From Tubiluchus corallicola (Eukaryota > Animalia > Priapulida): a stretch of DNA of 64,000 nucleotides. Location: positions 1 through 64,000 of the forward strand of contig JAQGDQ010000052.1 in NCBI GenBank assembly GCA_030141605.1, written 5' to 3'. Positions 27,588 through 41,500 of this stretch are shown piece by piece. A model generated the notes under the pieces. The model was not told where the DNA came from, made no database searches, and saw only the letters and a program-made list of their open reading frames with translations. The position numbers and the translations under genes were made by a program. Numbering within the stretch: position 1 is the stretch's first letter; every line of letters starts with the position of its first letter.

Positions 27588-28130
27588 CAATGGTTAAGTC
27601 TATGGATTTGAAAACTTTTAAAATACTTAATGGTGTCTAAAAGCTATATATATTGCATGTTACTACTGGTTAAAAGGAATCAGTATATAAAATTTTAGAT
27701 ATACAAATATATGACACATGCCAAGAGTAAGAACTAAAAAAATATGGTGAAAATAGTTTTTGAAGTTCCAAAGTAAAATTTAGAGTTGATTACGTGGACA
27801 CGGGAGAGTTGCTTCAAATCATTTTAATGTTTTTAAGAAACCTTTACTGACATGGAATGGAAAATCTTGTAGGTATTCTCTTTGTAATCTTAGGTAATCT
27901 TCTGCTAAATTTTGCCTAAATTCTCTACCGGCATATTCAGTCTAGTTTACATTTACGTAATTTTAGTGTGGGCCTATTTTAATGTCAAATTATCGTTTAT
28001 TGATTTTTTGCCTATACAGGAATGATTGTTTTTATCTTGCATCTCTTACGTATTTTTAATAATCGGTTGTAAAAGCTTCATATAGCTTACGTTTGTCGTT
28101 TGTATGACATGACCTAAAATAAAGTACACG
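27588..28130 (+). mobile_element. 3' part of a plus-strand CR1/L2-group LINE (probable continuation of 17300-17670)
   Basis: KSMDLKTFKILNG..MPRVRTKKYGENSF, followed by a T-rich UTR and AATAAA near 28118. Confidence 0.6.
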
Positions 28131-29047
28131 CTAACACTCTACTGTAAAGTACAATGAATCGATCAGAACAATGAGCAATTAGGGCTATACAAAAGAAAAG
28201 AAGTCATCTTGCAATGACAATGACCTGTATGGCTGGCAGGCATGGACAGGGAAGTAATGCGACGTTTGACCCAATGTTAACGTCTTTAATAGGTTAAGTA
28301 TAAAATGTTATTCTGTTATTCTACACCAAGTAATCAGCCCTGTATATCTTCGTATTGTGTGCCGAAGTAGAAAATAAGCGTAAAAAGGTTGAGTTACAGT
28401 TCACAACATCTGAAGGTGAGTCGGGCAAAGAGGGCAGGAGTAAAGAGGGGCAGTATCTTAGGCGTCTGTTGCTAGATTGTTGCAGGGCAGGTGGCTACTG
28501 TCCTTTGAACCTTCACGAGCGGTAAACAACAATATGGCATTTTGTTATGCATTTCTTTTCATGTTTCGTGTAAGTCTTACATGTAGCGTAAAATGTTTGT
28601 TTTTTATTATTTTTGTGTTGAGCGTTATAAAATACAAACTTTGCATAAAATGCATTTACTGTTGCTTATTTTTTAAGGTGCACAACACTAAATAGCCGTC
28701 TTTCGTAGCTTTACCTTGAAGTTATGAAGGACAACAACAAAACGGACAGTTCCGGATCTTTTAAAATGCATTATGTCTATAATTTTTTTACAATCGAAAA
28801 TATGATACTGTCCGGGGGGGGGAGTAATAAAATTTTTTGTATGGAGAATACTTTGCCAGAGTAAAATCTGTTGAGAGGTAAGTGCTTTTCCTTACTCCTG
28901 GCTCCGCATTATTAACTGTTGCGAGAAAATCACCTAAATGCTATTGTCTGTTACCCAGTTTGTTACTACCTAAGGAATAAGGAATCAAATTTGTCTATAT
29001 TTTAAGCAAGTGTTTAGAAAATAGCTTTAATGATATTTATCACTTGC

Positions 29048-30675
29048 TGTAGTCACAGAAAACACTGTAAACAGAGGTTAATACCACTGAATGCTTTATT
29101 AACATAATTAGTATGTCCAGTATAACATAAATGTTCAACAGCTCCCATAAAGTGGATTAACCTGACTGTTCAGAGCACAGGTGTGTAATGACAGACAGGT
29201 GACTAGCAGGTAACAAACAGAAAAGCTGGCCAAAACCAAAAGCTTTACATTCACGTCACAGATGGCGCCTCGTGCACGTTAAGTAAGATTAACAAAAAGA
29301 ATGCTAAGTCTGCTACACCCGGCTCCTAATGAGCGCTTATAAAGTGGTCATTACAATAATCTGCTTGTAAGTCACTGTACAATATTACACGAACTCTGAA
29401 CAGTAACACTTAGATGCTATTTAGTACAACTAAATATTTCAGTCAAAACTGAACAATCATACAGTTTGATAGTTAACACTATTCCAGTGAAACACTTTGA
29501 GTGAAATAATTCCAAACATGAAAGTTACAGATAAATACTGTTAGCTAAAGCACTACAAAGCAATGAATCAAATAACGAATCGATAATAAGATCAGATAAA
29601 ACAGAATCTGATGCAATAGTGACTTGATAGCTTATAACAGTTAGCAAAGGCAAATGTCGTTCAATGCTAAGTTCTATGTAGCACATCATATAAAATTTAG
29701 AATTACATTATCATAAAGTTGGCATACTGCCAAGTGATAGAATTTAATGTTAATTTTGTCTGAAAGATTTAAGCAAATATTTGACATACATTTCAAATTA
29801 CTGGCAATTAATTTGGCAAAATTGTAAACTAAATCACACATTCATGAATAACACTTAATTCACAAAATTAACACAGAATCAAATTTTTCGCATAACAGCG
29901 AACTATTGCAGCATCAAATTTAAATAACTAAATAATACAGGCGAGGTCATTTCTTACCAACAATACTGCAGTCATTAGGTCAAATAAACGTAACTATATA
30001 TGACAAATATGAAATAATTCGTACTTTAGAATTAAAGTGTATATCAACACATTACACAGAATTTTACTCAGCTTCTTCGAGGAGACATAGCTTAGTTATT
30101 GGTCTAAGCAATGTCGTAGATGGGGTCTTCACCATAACTGATCTCACGAGTCCATCCGGAGCTGGAAATACTTCGGTGATTCTGCCTGTTGTCCATTGAT
30201 TCCGAGCAGCATTCTCATCAACGACCAGAACCAACTCATTCTCTTTAAAGTTTCTTTTTACAGTCAGCCATTTCTGACGTTGTTGCAAGTTTGGAATGTA
30301 TTCCTTGACCCAGCGGCGCCAGAAGATGTTGACGAGATACTGGCACTGCCTCCATCTCCTTTTCAGCATAGAGTCGTCTTTGCAGAAGATGCCTGGTGGC
30401 AAATTTGGGCAAGGTCGCTGTAGAATGAGGTCATTTGGCGTTAATGGTCTGAAGTCATTTGGGTCATTGGAAAACTCCGTTAAAGGTCTGTTGTTCATGA
30501 TGAACTCGGCTTCAGCAATCAAAGTCAGCAAGACTTCATCAGTAATGGTTTGTTCCTTCAACAGTTGCCGGAAGATGCCACGGAAAGATCTGATACACCT
30601 TTCCCAAACACCACCATGGTGACTGGCCCCTGCAGTGTTGAAGGTCCATTTTACACCCCTTTGCACCATATGCTT
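29048..30675 (-). mobile_element. 5'-truncated Bel/Pao LTR retrotransposon: integrase C-terminus, 3' UTR, PPT and 3' LTR
   Basis: Uninterrupted 201-aa ORF 30669-30064 (SHHGGVWERCIR, NNRPLT, FWRRWVKEY, DGLVRSV, RPITKLCLL). On the minus strand GGAGCCGGG precedes an LTR TGTAG...CTACA (29317-29048, 270 bp) containing AATAAA. Confidence 0.9.
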
Positions 30676-30698
30676 GTTTAATTTTTCTTCCCTACAAT

Positions 30699-31012
<314 letters not shown>

Positions 31013-31935
31013 CCAAGGTCATGTAAAGTAACTAGGAAAACTTCAACTAAATGTTCATTCTACATTCTACACACTGCTAAAGTCGACTTACACATTTTAT
31101 ATCAATCCTAGTAATTGCATAAAACATCTAGGAAAAGCATGAGAGTCGCAGCAAAAACATTTTTTTCACACTTTTCCAAAAATGCATAGGCATTACAGTA
31201 TGTCCTCACTGTCATTTCGAAACATAACAAGAAAGCATGCTTTTAAGGTACCTTATCTACGCCGTACCTTTGAACAATTAATTGCTGAAACTGATGGTGA
31301 TGATAAGCCAACTATTCGGGAGAACTGGTGAGCTCAAAAGTGAAGAGGGACGTAGCAAAAGCAATGTAGTGCAATAAAGTGTTAGCAGAAAAAATAAAAA
31401 ATCAAACAACCAACAATGGATTATTTTTTATAAAAAACAAAAAGAAAGAAAAGAAAGGAGGGTAAATGACTGAAGGAGAGGCGGCTATAAATTTAAATTT
31501 ATTTAAACTTTACCAGTAATATTTTGTTTACACAGTACTCTGTAGCATTTTAATTAAAGAAACATGGTAGAACTGTAAGCAATAGACAATACAAAGTGTT
31601 TAATTTATGAGCCAAATGTTATTGATTTTTCTCCTGATAACTGAAGCTTTTAACATAGTCAAGCTCAGTAGTTTTCCCGCTGCAAGCAACTGAACATTTT
31701 TACACAGCCAAGCACTATTGATTTTTGCTACTGTAATGTAACTGAATGCTTTTACATTGTTTCTTATGGAAAACAATGTTTCGTTAGGGATGTCTTCCTT
31801 AATGACACATTTTGCTGGAACTCATTCATGTCGTTAAGCGAGGACTAACTGTACACGAATGCCTGGGAATTTGATAAAATGTTAAAATTTTACACATTGC
31901 CTGTAACGCATAAGTTGATGTAAAAATACTCTTAC

Positions 31936-34900
31936 TCCTGCATTCAAGTGCACAGTTTCCACATCAAGATCAACACCATTGACAAGAGAGCCATTGGACA
32001 TTGAGATATCAACTGCAGAGAGTTTCTTAAATGAAATCGGTCCTTCGATTACCTGGTTTTCAACTACAAAATAATAGTTAAATTCTGGAATCAGTTTTAT
32101 AATGTAAAGTCATATAGGCTTCTAAAGCATATGGAGAGAATAAATTGTTTTCAAACAGAGGCTACAGCAACATAGGGCAACTAATCCTGGGGACACATTT
32201 GGAAGAACTAACACAAATTCTGACTAAATGCTCCATAACTTACCATCAAGTTTTACAATGGATTTGTCCAAGTTTGTTACATTAACTTCATTTGCCATAT
32301 GATCAGGTTTGATGACTCCGCCCTTCGCGGTAATATCAGCACCAAAAGTGTACAACTCTGTCACATTTTGGTCCTTGCCGTTTTGCAGCATTCTGTCATT
32401 CCATGTGTTAATATCATATCCATTTACAAAGCCTGAAGCAATGGGATAATAGTTACAAGTTGTTCAAAAAGTTAATGTGCCAAGCATATGAAACACACAT
32501 CCTGATACATGCAGTAGATCATAATTTTAGATAATTCTGCCAAAAAGTAAAACAGTGTCATTGTTAAGTTATAAATGAACAAAGCATTTAAGCAGCATAA
32601 CAGTATTTGTAGTTCTGATGAAATGCTATAAAAAATACTATGAAACAACTTGATTAATTTCGATATAACATCACTATAGAAATACCATTTGTTATGAAGG
32701 ACTTAATGTTGACATCACCGAAAAATTCTACGTTGCCCTCAAGAACACAATCAGCATTCACAAAAACTGCATCCTGCTCGATTGTCCATATGTTGACATT
32801 GTTAATTAAAGTGACATTGAGATCAGTAAATGTAACATTATTACGAATTGTCTTCAGTCCATTAAGAACTTGCAGCTCTTCTCCTGTTCCGTCCTTTCCT
32901 ACAAATTATAACTATAAGACTAAATAAAACATAAAAACAAAATGAATTAATATTTAAATTTAAGGACTACTAATTTGTTACATCAAAAGTAAGAAATGCC
33001 AGACCAGTTTATATGTGATGCATGAATATGTACTATAGTAGGCACTGCTTAATAGACTCACTTTGGGAGGGAAGTGTTTTGACCCAATTAATCGACTAAT
33101 TCAATTAGCCGACGAGTGTAGCATATTACTACTACAGAAGTATGATTCATGACACTCACTTTAGTATGCATTGCAAAGGCTTTATATGAATTTCAGAAAC
33201 AAATCAATGTCAAACTTCCTATGTGCAATTATTTAAGAAAACTAATTTACATAAGTGAATTAATGAAAAATTAATAACATCTCACAGAAATCTGATAATT
33301 ACCCCTAAAAATTACAAAAATTCATGCAAGGTCGGTTGCTTCGTTTCTATTTATGAAATACGCATAATGATAAAAACGCATAATGACGAATATCTGTTGC
33401 TGTATGTTCCACATTCACGCGAAACACTTAGTCACCTAGTGCTTGAACAGCAGTAGGCGATAACCTTGTTTCCCCTGTGAAAAGCAGCAGGAACTTCAAA
33501 AGCAAATCGCTGGGCAAGTGGTAAAATGTTTAGCTTCCAGAAACAATGAGGCTAACTGCAGTGGACAAGCGGGTAACGTATAGAAAGCAAAACTGCTACG
33601 TTAACATATTAGCGCATATGATAAACGTACTGTTCCTGCTTACAAACAAAACTGTATCTAACACGACTGTTTCTACAGATATTATAGTGCACGAATTCAA
33701 TATAAAGATGACATAAAAGCAGCAAAAGCTCTGTGGGTACACACAAGTGTTTTATTTTAAGTATGTAAAGGAAAAATATTGCATCAATTATGTGGAGTTA
33801 TTCAAGTCAATTACCAACAGTTTTACATACGATTTGCATAGAAGCAGCTCATACCAGACATTTTTGAGACAATTAGCCGACTGAGTCTAATAAGCGGCTG
33901 TTACCGTATTTACGTTATAAACACAAAAATAGGGGAAATGATAGACATCTTCAAATTTTTATAATATAGGTTCGTAGTTTTCTTAGCATTAAAGATTAAT
34001 TAACACAAATTCCTTTCAACATTAAAGAAATGAAAGTTCAAGCAAATCCAAAAAAAACATTTTGCTAGAATTCATGACTTGTCAAATTCAAGTGTTGTCA
34101 AAAAACTTGTTTGACACAGTTTCAGCAATGTCATGTTTATAATTTGTCTGTATTGACTTGGTCCCAAATTTTTCTCTATACTGCACATAACATTAAATAT
34201 AAAAGAAATAGCATAGAATTTTTTTAGGTAATACTGAAATATTTAGATAATATGCAAATGAAGGTTTGCATGATGATACGTTAAAAAAAGCCTCAGAAAG
34301 AGCTTAGTTAAAATCTGTCTTTCTTTTGGCCAAAAATGCACTATTTTATTTACAGCTTTCTTACGAAAACTAAACAGGATAAAAAGCAAAACAAAATGAT
34401 AAAATAGATTAATGTGCATCTAAAGTTTAGTAAATAGCATAAAGTTTTTTTATTTTACCATTGACATAAACTGTGTCATTAAGCAGTTCCAAAAGATCTT
34501 CGCCATTTAGAAGTTCTCCAATATAAAAATCGTCTGTGGAAATGTTTACTGCTGTAACATTGTTGACAAAGATGAGATTCTGAGGGAGTGATTCATTGGA
34601 CGATAGTAGTATTATATCATCAGGGATGTACAAATCACCAACCGTACCAGAAGCGAGCACATCACTTAGAAAAAAGACTTCGCCGGTGAAGATTTTACGA
34701 CCAGTTACATTCTAAAAAACCAAAAACATAACTAATTAGTCCATTAAAAACTTGCAGCTCTTCTCCTGTTCTATCCTTTCCTAGATCCTAGAAATTAAAG
34801 GTGTAAGACTAAATAAAATGTAAAAACAAAATGAATTAAAATTGAAAATTTTATTTATATATGAGTAAATAATCCCAAAAGTTATAATCAAATCAAACTT

Positions 34901-37900
34901 GAATAGCCTGATTAGAAAATGGTGGATTGTGAATTTTATATTCATTTAGTCGTTTACAGTTGAGCCGATTAATTAATGTATTTTATTTTAAACTTAGGTT
35001 TGTCTCAATGAAGGTTTATTTTTAAATCCAGTCCAATGACAAAAGTAAAAGGCAAAATGCTAAATTTAACTTACTTTTACAACATCAATATTTATAAATT
35101 AGTGCCAAACAACTGAATCTATAAGCACAACAACAAATACGCATAATAATAAACAAGGCACTATGTACAATGTATGCACATTAGTGATATTATTAAATGA
35201 TCGCTTTTAATTCCAATTTTGCACAAAATGTTGCATTCAGCTGCTAAATATGCTCTGCCTTTGATATGTTAGATTAAATAGTTACTAACCAAATAAAATA
35301 AATTATGTACCGTGTCAAGATCGTACTGCACACAATTGTGAAACAGGCCATCAAGTAAAATATCATTGATGGCACCAGATTTGATTAAAACACTCTCAGC
35401 AAAAGTGATCCCAGCAGAGAAATTTTTATTGCCTGCAACAGCTCTAGTACTATTACTGTCCAAATGTACCAAAGAGTCGATGTTGAGGTTGTTGATTGAA
35501 CCATTCAAGGTGAGGTTTCCAACCTAACATTGAAAAGAGAAAATAGTGTGGTAACTATTAATTAATAAACCACATGGTTCAGAGTGCTCGAAGCACTTTT
35601 TGAAGAAAGAAGGTAAATATAAATCCGAGATGCTAATCTATACAAGGTGAGGCTTTTTAGGAAAAATTCATACAAGTAATACTCCCCATAAAATGCATGT
35701 AATTTCAGGAATTTACATGTAGAAAAAATAAAGTATTTCGTCCTAGGTTATTATTGTAATATCATTTATGTTTTATTTATTGGTGTTGATGGGGTCAGAG
35801 AAACTTTCTAATTAAACAAAATAGTTTGAACAATGTAGGCCCTGTTTTCCTATTGAAGGACTTCTACTAGGTTGTAAAATAAAGATAATTCAGAGATCCA
35901 TTACAGCTTTTAAGCAAACAGTAAATCATGGTTTTAAAACTGACAACAAACTGGCATATATATGCACAAATGAATATTACATGCGTCACTGATAAGTACT
36001 GACTGCATTTGAAAATCTCGACAACAATCACCTAAAGCAACTGATTAACAAACATGCACTAATACCTGTAGATCATGTAGAAAATGGAATACAACAGTTG
36101 TGTTTACAGATTCGTTAACAAGAAGAGCATTTTCTGCCCAATGAGTAACATTGACATTGTCTACAAGTCCCCCTGCAGTCACCTTTCCCAAAAAGGTTTG
36201 ACTGCCATTCAGCAAATTTTTAGCACCTGCAAAGTACAAATTATTGACATGTTTAAAGCCCCTGGAATGTAACGAATCTTGTTCAGAACACCAAGAAAAG
36301 AACAGGTTTCATGCATTTCTTGTTTATTATACCTTGTATAACACGTTATTGTAGCATTTATAACTCTGAGTTATGAAACAAACACAGAGTTATTATAAAC
36401 CTTATCTTCTAATGATCATGCATTTCTTCATGATTCCGCTGTAGTGACAAAACTATCAAAAAACAACAAAATCATAATTCTTTTACTGTATGAAAAAAGA
36501 TAGAGTTGATTCAGCTAGGAAAACAACCAGTTTACATACATGACATTACATCTAAAATAATTTATGTATGGTATAATGTACTATCTTAAGTAAACAGCAG
36601 GAAAGTTACCAAAAGCATAATAGTAATGAGTGTGTATTTATGATGAAAATGTGACACTGTAAATTTTACGACAATTTGATACATATCTACAAGTTTACGA
36701 GTTACCTGTTATATTCTGTTCTCCGTGCTTAAACAAAATGTCATTTTCCAGGTATTTAAGATCTACTTTGTCAACTAGCCCCTGAACTGAAAACGTGGAG
36801 TTGAATGAAAAACCATACAAGAAATTTTTGGCACCAGTTAAGTTTTGTGAACTGCGTCCAGTTAACAGCAGATCAAGTTTTCCATCTGAAAAATCAAAGC
36901 CAGCGTTAAGTGGCATTTATGTAGCATCCAGAATGTGTATGCGCTATGGGGGTTTGGAACAGATCAAATTAGTTTATATTGCTTTCCAATATAGGCCGGT
37001 GTTATGCGTTATTTTCTCTGCAGATATTTCCTGTTGATTTTTATTCTGCAGCTATTCCACTGGGTAGATAATGCATACACATTACGGATGCTACATAAAT
37101 GCCACTTTACATTACAAAGAAGACTAATGACTGTGTTTGTTAACCTGCTGACAAGAAACATAGAAATAAAACATAAAGGGCTCAAAGAAATAGTGCAATT
37201 CAAACACATGGCTGTAAGTGTAAATGCTGCAAATTAGTTTACATTGGAATTAAAAGCTGCCCTCGGGAACTTCTGCTGCGAATTTTTCAGAAACATTTGA
37301 TTTACAAACTTCGCCAAAATAGACATTGCTTTCATGACAACCCATTGAATCAAACTGTATCGTAAAAATGTTTGCTGTTTCACACATAAAAGAATAGCTA
37401 TGAGTGGATGTGCAAAATCAGACATAACAACAATCAATCAAAAATGTATATTAAACTTTTTGTCACTCTTGTATAAAAGAGCAGTAGCATATTAAACCGG
37501 GTGTGAAGTGGAGGAACTGCAGCGGGCACCACCTGTAGGGGCGTCAAAAATGGGGATTTTTTCCTCTTAACCTGATGACCATAGTAACTATACTTATTAC
37601 AAGTGAACCCACATACATCATTGCACTAAATGATCAACAAACATTTAAGTCTTTTATCACAAACTTTAAAATTATTTAAACTATTTTCGGTTATAGAAAT
37701 TCTTTTTTTGTTGCGGACCCAGTTATTGTATGCAGTAGACCAGTCGATGACCCACAAAACCAGTCCTTGCAGATCCTGCAGCTTTATGGATCCAAAATAA
37801 GTTAGCCCATGCATCTTTCCCCAAAGGCGTTATTCGCGTTAAAAATGGTAAACAGGTTTTTCTACAAAAGAATAGAAGCGAGAGGAGTGAGCATTTGCAG

Positions 37901-38487
37901 AACACCTCAATACACTTTGTGTTGGTATAATTTTAAGCTTAAAATGGATAACAACTACGAATTGCAATTTTGGTGTGCAGACATTTCGACACAGGTCATT
38001 TCATCACAAGACATTTAAACACAAAGGTCATTTGGATACAAGAGACGTTGGACACAAGGCTATTTTGGCACATAAGTCATTTGGACACAAGGACATTTGG
38101 ACACAAAGACATTCCGATACATGGTTACTTTGACATGTAAGCTCTCTAAACCAGGAGTTTTGGACACAGAATATTTGAGCGATATTTTCGACACAGGATA
38201 TTTAGACATGTAAACTTTGTTTTTCAAGTTTTGAAATTGTCAAAAGCAGTTAATGTTAGTTTTTCAAAGCACAAAAAAGAGATAATTTCAAATGTTTCAG
38301 CTCAAATGAACATTTTTACAGAAATTCATAATTCTGCAAACAGGAAATCAGCACTCAGCAGAGGGCTACACTAGTTTCCCAGAAAACCAGAAGAAGAGGG
38401 GAGGAAAAGAGGGGAAAGGAGAGAGAATGACAAGAAGAGAAGAAGAATAGAAAGCTAGAGGGAGGGAGAGGGAGAGGGAGAGAGAGA

Positions 38488-38532
<45 letters not shown>

Positions 38533-41500
38533 GCAGAGGAATAGAGAGTGAGGGAAAGAGAGAAAGACAGGAGAAAAGAGGGATAAAGGGAGAAGATGAG
38601 AGAGGCAAGAGTGGAGGGATGTAAAGACAGAGAAGCAAACAGAGAAAGAGAAATCGAAGACTTTATACTACTAACATAGCTGATTTAGCAATCAACAGCG
38701 TATACATGATTTTTCTGATAAAAATATTCTAGGAAAATATTTTCTGAGAAAAAATGGTTTTCCTGTGAAAGATTTTTCTGAGAACTTTATGGTAAACATA
38801 CATATACTCTCAGCGTCATGGCCTACTGTGTAAAATCGTTGGACTGGTGCCCGATTTAACGGATTTATAATTAACAGTATTCATCTAGGGTTAGACACAC
38901 TACCCAGTTTCACTACTACCATGATATGTACACTCAATGATACAAGTTCGTGATACCTCAGTGGAAGAAGCATTACCATATATACCAAACAAAAATACTT
39001 AAATTCAAATTTCAAAGTTTTCACCCATCCATTCACCAAATGTTGTGTAATCAAGCACATGCCATGACTACTCATTTATTTTTCCCTTCACTTCCCCTAA
39101 TTATAAAGCAATTATCTTCCATTTTACTCAACAAGCCGAGTGTTCTGGACATTTTGCTTTTAGGTGGTTATTTCGTTTCAGCATAAAGCAGGTGTTGTAG
39201 TTCATATTTTTAGTTCAGCAAAAACTGGAAAATTGCACAGAAGCGAGTAATTCGGTAGCTTCCCTGGAAACAATTTATGTGGCTACTCTTCTAAGAACAG
39301 ATCAATAAACAACCACTAATCGATCAAAGCCATAAACAGCTAATTTTGATACATGTGGAGTGATTGTACTGCCTCCTCAAAAAGGGTGAGTGTGAAAGTT
39401 TCAAGGTCATGCAGTACTCTTCCTGTACTCTTTCAGGTATTGTGAATAAAACATTGCTCTAATGAAATGGACGACTACAGAATTATAATGGTACGTTCAG
39501 TATATCTTTATGCTTTTACCAGCTTTCAATGCTGATTAATCTAAGAAGTTGATACCTGACATACTGGTTCAGCAAAGTGTACTAGTTTTTGGGTCAATCT
39601 GCACAAAGTTGGATTTTTTATAAATGTTAAATATCCGCATGTAACAATTCGTGCTGCAACCTGCCACACAACCAGACAAATTACAACCCAGTACTCATCA
39701 GCAAGAGATCAAATAACAAAAAATTACATATGTGTTCAAATGTCAAAATGTCCTGTGTGTCCCAATATCTTGTGATGAAATGTTCTGTGTGTCAAAATTC
39801 CTGTGTCAAAAAGTCCTATGTGTCCGAATGTCCTATGCATCCAATGTCCTATGTGTCCAATGGTTCCCGTGTACCAAAATAGCCTTGTATCGAATGTCCT
39901 ATGTGTCCAATGGTCCCATGTACCGAAATAGCCTTGTATCCAATGTTCAAATATCTTGTGATGAAATGTCCTGTGTCGAAACATCTGCACACCAATTCTT
40001 AGCTATTATCCATTTTAAACTTAAAATTATACTAACGGAAAGTGTATCGAGGTGTTCTGCACATGCTCACCACTCTTGCTTCTGTTGTTTTGTGGAAGAA
40101 CCTGTTTACCAAAGCAAATAACTGCCATCGCAGTTGTTTACCTAGTCTGGATAGGTTGGTACGGATAACCCAACATTCCAGATAATCCAGGCCTGGATAA
40201 CCGAGGTCTTATTGTACATATTCTGTGTATAGGCCAATAAATTCCTAAAGTATTGCTTTTGTTTATTTTCTAATAATTTAAAACAATAATGATAGTAATA
40301 ATTATTATTGTTATGGTAATAATAATAATAATAATGAAACAGTAAAATAACCAAGCATATGCATGGGAAAAAGGAGCCAAAGCATTCACTTGCACTAGCC
40401 GCCATAAAGCCTTAATATGTTACTGTAATAGATAGAGATGCCACACTTCTAATGCAATTTTGAATATTCATACAAGTACTAAGAACATACTGCTACAAAT
40501 ACTTAGAAATTCTAACACATTACTAAATTAATATGACTGTAATTATTATTCAGCCAAGTAAATTATAGCGTATATACACCGTGGTAACAGTGTAAGTTTG
40601 AGCCAGGATATATTGCAGTAGCAGCATTTGCACTTTGCATACTTATTATCATTTGTTACTCTTGCAAATGATAAACTTCACTAAAAAGTTCTTAATGTCA
40701 TCTTACCTGGCAAGACTGGTATTGAATCAATGGAAGTTTCCACAGTTAAGCTATTCATAAATTTCTGCTGTGTCATAAATGTTTTCTGCCCTGTAATGTT
40801 TTGCACCAGCATGCTGTTTCTAAGAACAATCTCCTCAGGTAAGCTTAAGTTTTGCATTTTGCCATGAAGAATCAGGTTTTTTACAAGAATATCGTGGAAT
40901 GTCATATGTCCTGGAAAAAGATATACAAAAAATGATGTAACATTTAATGCACTAAATTAAAGGAAGCTGATTAGAAAATTTTGAAGTATGCTTTAAACAC
41001 ACCTTACCCTTCATAAGAAAATTAGTTTACAGGCTGATAATTCAGCCGTTAAGGAGCACATTGAGTTTGCAGTTCATCTAGCCACAGCTGAGGATTTCAC
41101 TGTTCTTGCATGTGTAATGATTATCTCTTAATCAAGAAAAGCCTTCTTATCTCTCAGGAATGAAATACAAAACACAATCTAGAGCCCGAGGATAACTAAT
41201 TGTATAATAACAGTCCAGTTTGTAGTCCAGCTACCAGCACATAACATAGTAATCACACTGCTCTCAAGGTGCAACATTTATGCTTTTTCTGTTTATGTGT
41301 TAGAGGTCACTCTTGTGTAATAAGGACTACATATAATAAAAATTCTATAAAACTGACTAATCTAAAACAAGATTAATGTTCAGAAGTCTAAGCAGAAATT
41401 GCAAAGGTGATTCATATAGGTAGAGGTCGGAGGGAATCCTGAAAGTGGCACATTATTTGCATTTAAAAATAATAAAAGTAAACTAAAACTAAAAATAATA

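Noticed and set aside
31248-31331. Possible plus-strand terminal exon VPYLRRTFEQLIAETDGDDKPTIRENW* with a downstream AATAAA
   Set aside because: No partner exons and no recognisable homology; could be chance.
37985-38215. CRISPR-like short repeats (also at 39735-39980)
   Set aside because: Degenerate contiguous ~15-bp tandem units without unique spacers, in a eukaryotic context with no cas genes.
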